Notes under the pieces: model-generated
What the model was told of the DNA's origin: nothing
What the model saw: the letters and a program-made list of their open reading frames with translations, nothing else
The model's database searches: none
Translations under genes and position numbers: made by a program
Source: Sulfurimonadaceae bacterium
Lineage (GTDB): Bacteria > Campylobacterota > Campylobacteria > Campylobacterales > Sulfurimonadaceae
Direction of reading: 5' to 3'
Length of the DNA stretch: 52,042 nucleotides
Assembly (NCBI GenBank): GCA_041571435.1
Contig: JBFFUI010000012.1
Coordinates: 1 to 52,042, forward strand
Part shown: positions 51,221-52,042 of the stretch, in pieces
Position numbering within the stretch: position 1 is the stretch's first letter
How the letters are laid out: every line of letters begins with the position of its first letter

Positions 51221-51640
51221 TTAGAGCAGTTTTTTCAGCTTCGCTTTGAGCTCAGGGTCTTCGTTGAGCGCTTTTTTGAACGATTTCGGGTCTTCGAGCA
51301 TATCGGAGAGCATGCTTCTGATCACCTTTGGATGGCGCATCATCTTCTTATGCATCGAATTTTGGAACTCGATGCGCTGCTTCATCATCTTGTCGTAATG
51401 CGCCGTCATCTCGTCCGACATCATCTGCTGGATCTCCGGGTCATCCATCATCTTGGAACCCATCATCCCCATACCGCAGCCGCCCATCATCATCGGTCCC
51501 TGCATCATGCCTCTGTTCATCATGCCTTGTTGAGGCATACCCATACCCCCGCATTTCACACCCATACCGCCCATCGGCTGTGCATTGGCCACCAGTGTCA
51601 ACATACCTGCAGCAACAGCTGCTATCATCAATCGTCTCAT
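51221..51640 (-). CDS. Secreted Met/Gly-rich protein
   Basis: SD AAGGAG before ATG 51640; signal peptide; MGGMG..CGGMGM..GMM repeats. Confidence 0.8.
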   Translation of the reverse strand: MRRLMIAAVAAGMLTLVANAQPMGGMGVKCGGMGMPQQGMMNRGMMQGPMMMGGCGMGMMGSKMMDDPEIQQMMSDEMTAHYDKMMKQRIEFQNSMHKKMMRHPKVIRSMLSDMLEDPKSFKKALNEDPELKAKLKKLL

Positions 51641-51948
51641 ATTGACTCCTTTTGTGTACATCTTTTGATTGTATGCCTATCAGCATTTAGCAGGTGTTAA
51701 TGGCGGTTTTTATATGTATTGTTTAAACTCAGCTTCAGTCGTTTTTTCCGTGTTATATAATAGTTTCCATAGTAAACAACGGTTTTAGAGGAACGCTTTA
51801 GCATTCAACGCACAGAAATGGATAAATAAAAAAAATACTGTCGATGTAATATTAGGAAGTTTTTTTGGGCTGTTTGATAATAGATTTGTTTGTAGGTAGG
51901 AGTGTCGATGCTCTCTGATGAGAGCACCATTCTTAAGGAGTGTTATTT

Positions 51949-52042
51949 ATGAAAAAAGAGCGGCTTAAAACACCATGTCCAAGTGTGGTGAAGTTTCAGG
52001 GATGTAGATACCTGCGTCTTCGTAAGCTGCCATGTGGTGTGC
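51949..52042 (+). CDS. 5' end of an ORF that runs off the window
   Basis: SD AAGGAG, then ATG 51949; the frame is open to the end of the window. Confidence 0.5.
   Translation, partial: MKKERLKTPCPSVVKFQGCRYLRLRKLPCGV

Overview
Bacterial chromosomal window, most likely a Campylobacterota (Sulfurimonas/Sulfurovum-like) genome. That assignment is an inference from gene content (stand-alone PAS protein, Campylobacterota-type pilin-like and AsmA-like proteins) and from promoters with a clear TATAAT -10 box. About 50 protein genes are present, mostly transport, signalling and envelope functions. I saw no rRNA, tRNA, CRISPR array or transposase. The most notable signal is at 1272-1925: a sigma70-type promoter, an attI-like site and a complete lipocalin (blc) integron cassette with a textbook attC, followed by probable decayed cassettes (NERD, HPP), with no integron integrase in the window. 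Other highlights: a YcaO homolog that has lost several ATP/Mg-binding residues; a NamZ/SSS/AnmK/AmgK/MurU peptidoglycan-salvage cluster interrupted by an ArsR mini-regulon with a repeated palindromic operator; an AsmA-like protein with exact 176-aa periodicity; two frameshifted genes; a four-hypothetical + DTW operon; and a 38-aa membrane peptide missed by the ORF track. Family assignments come from motif recognition by eye, not database searches.
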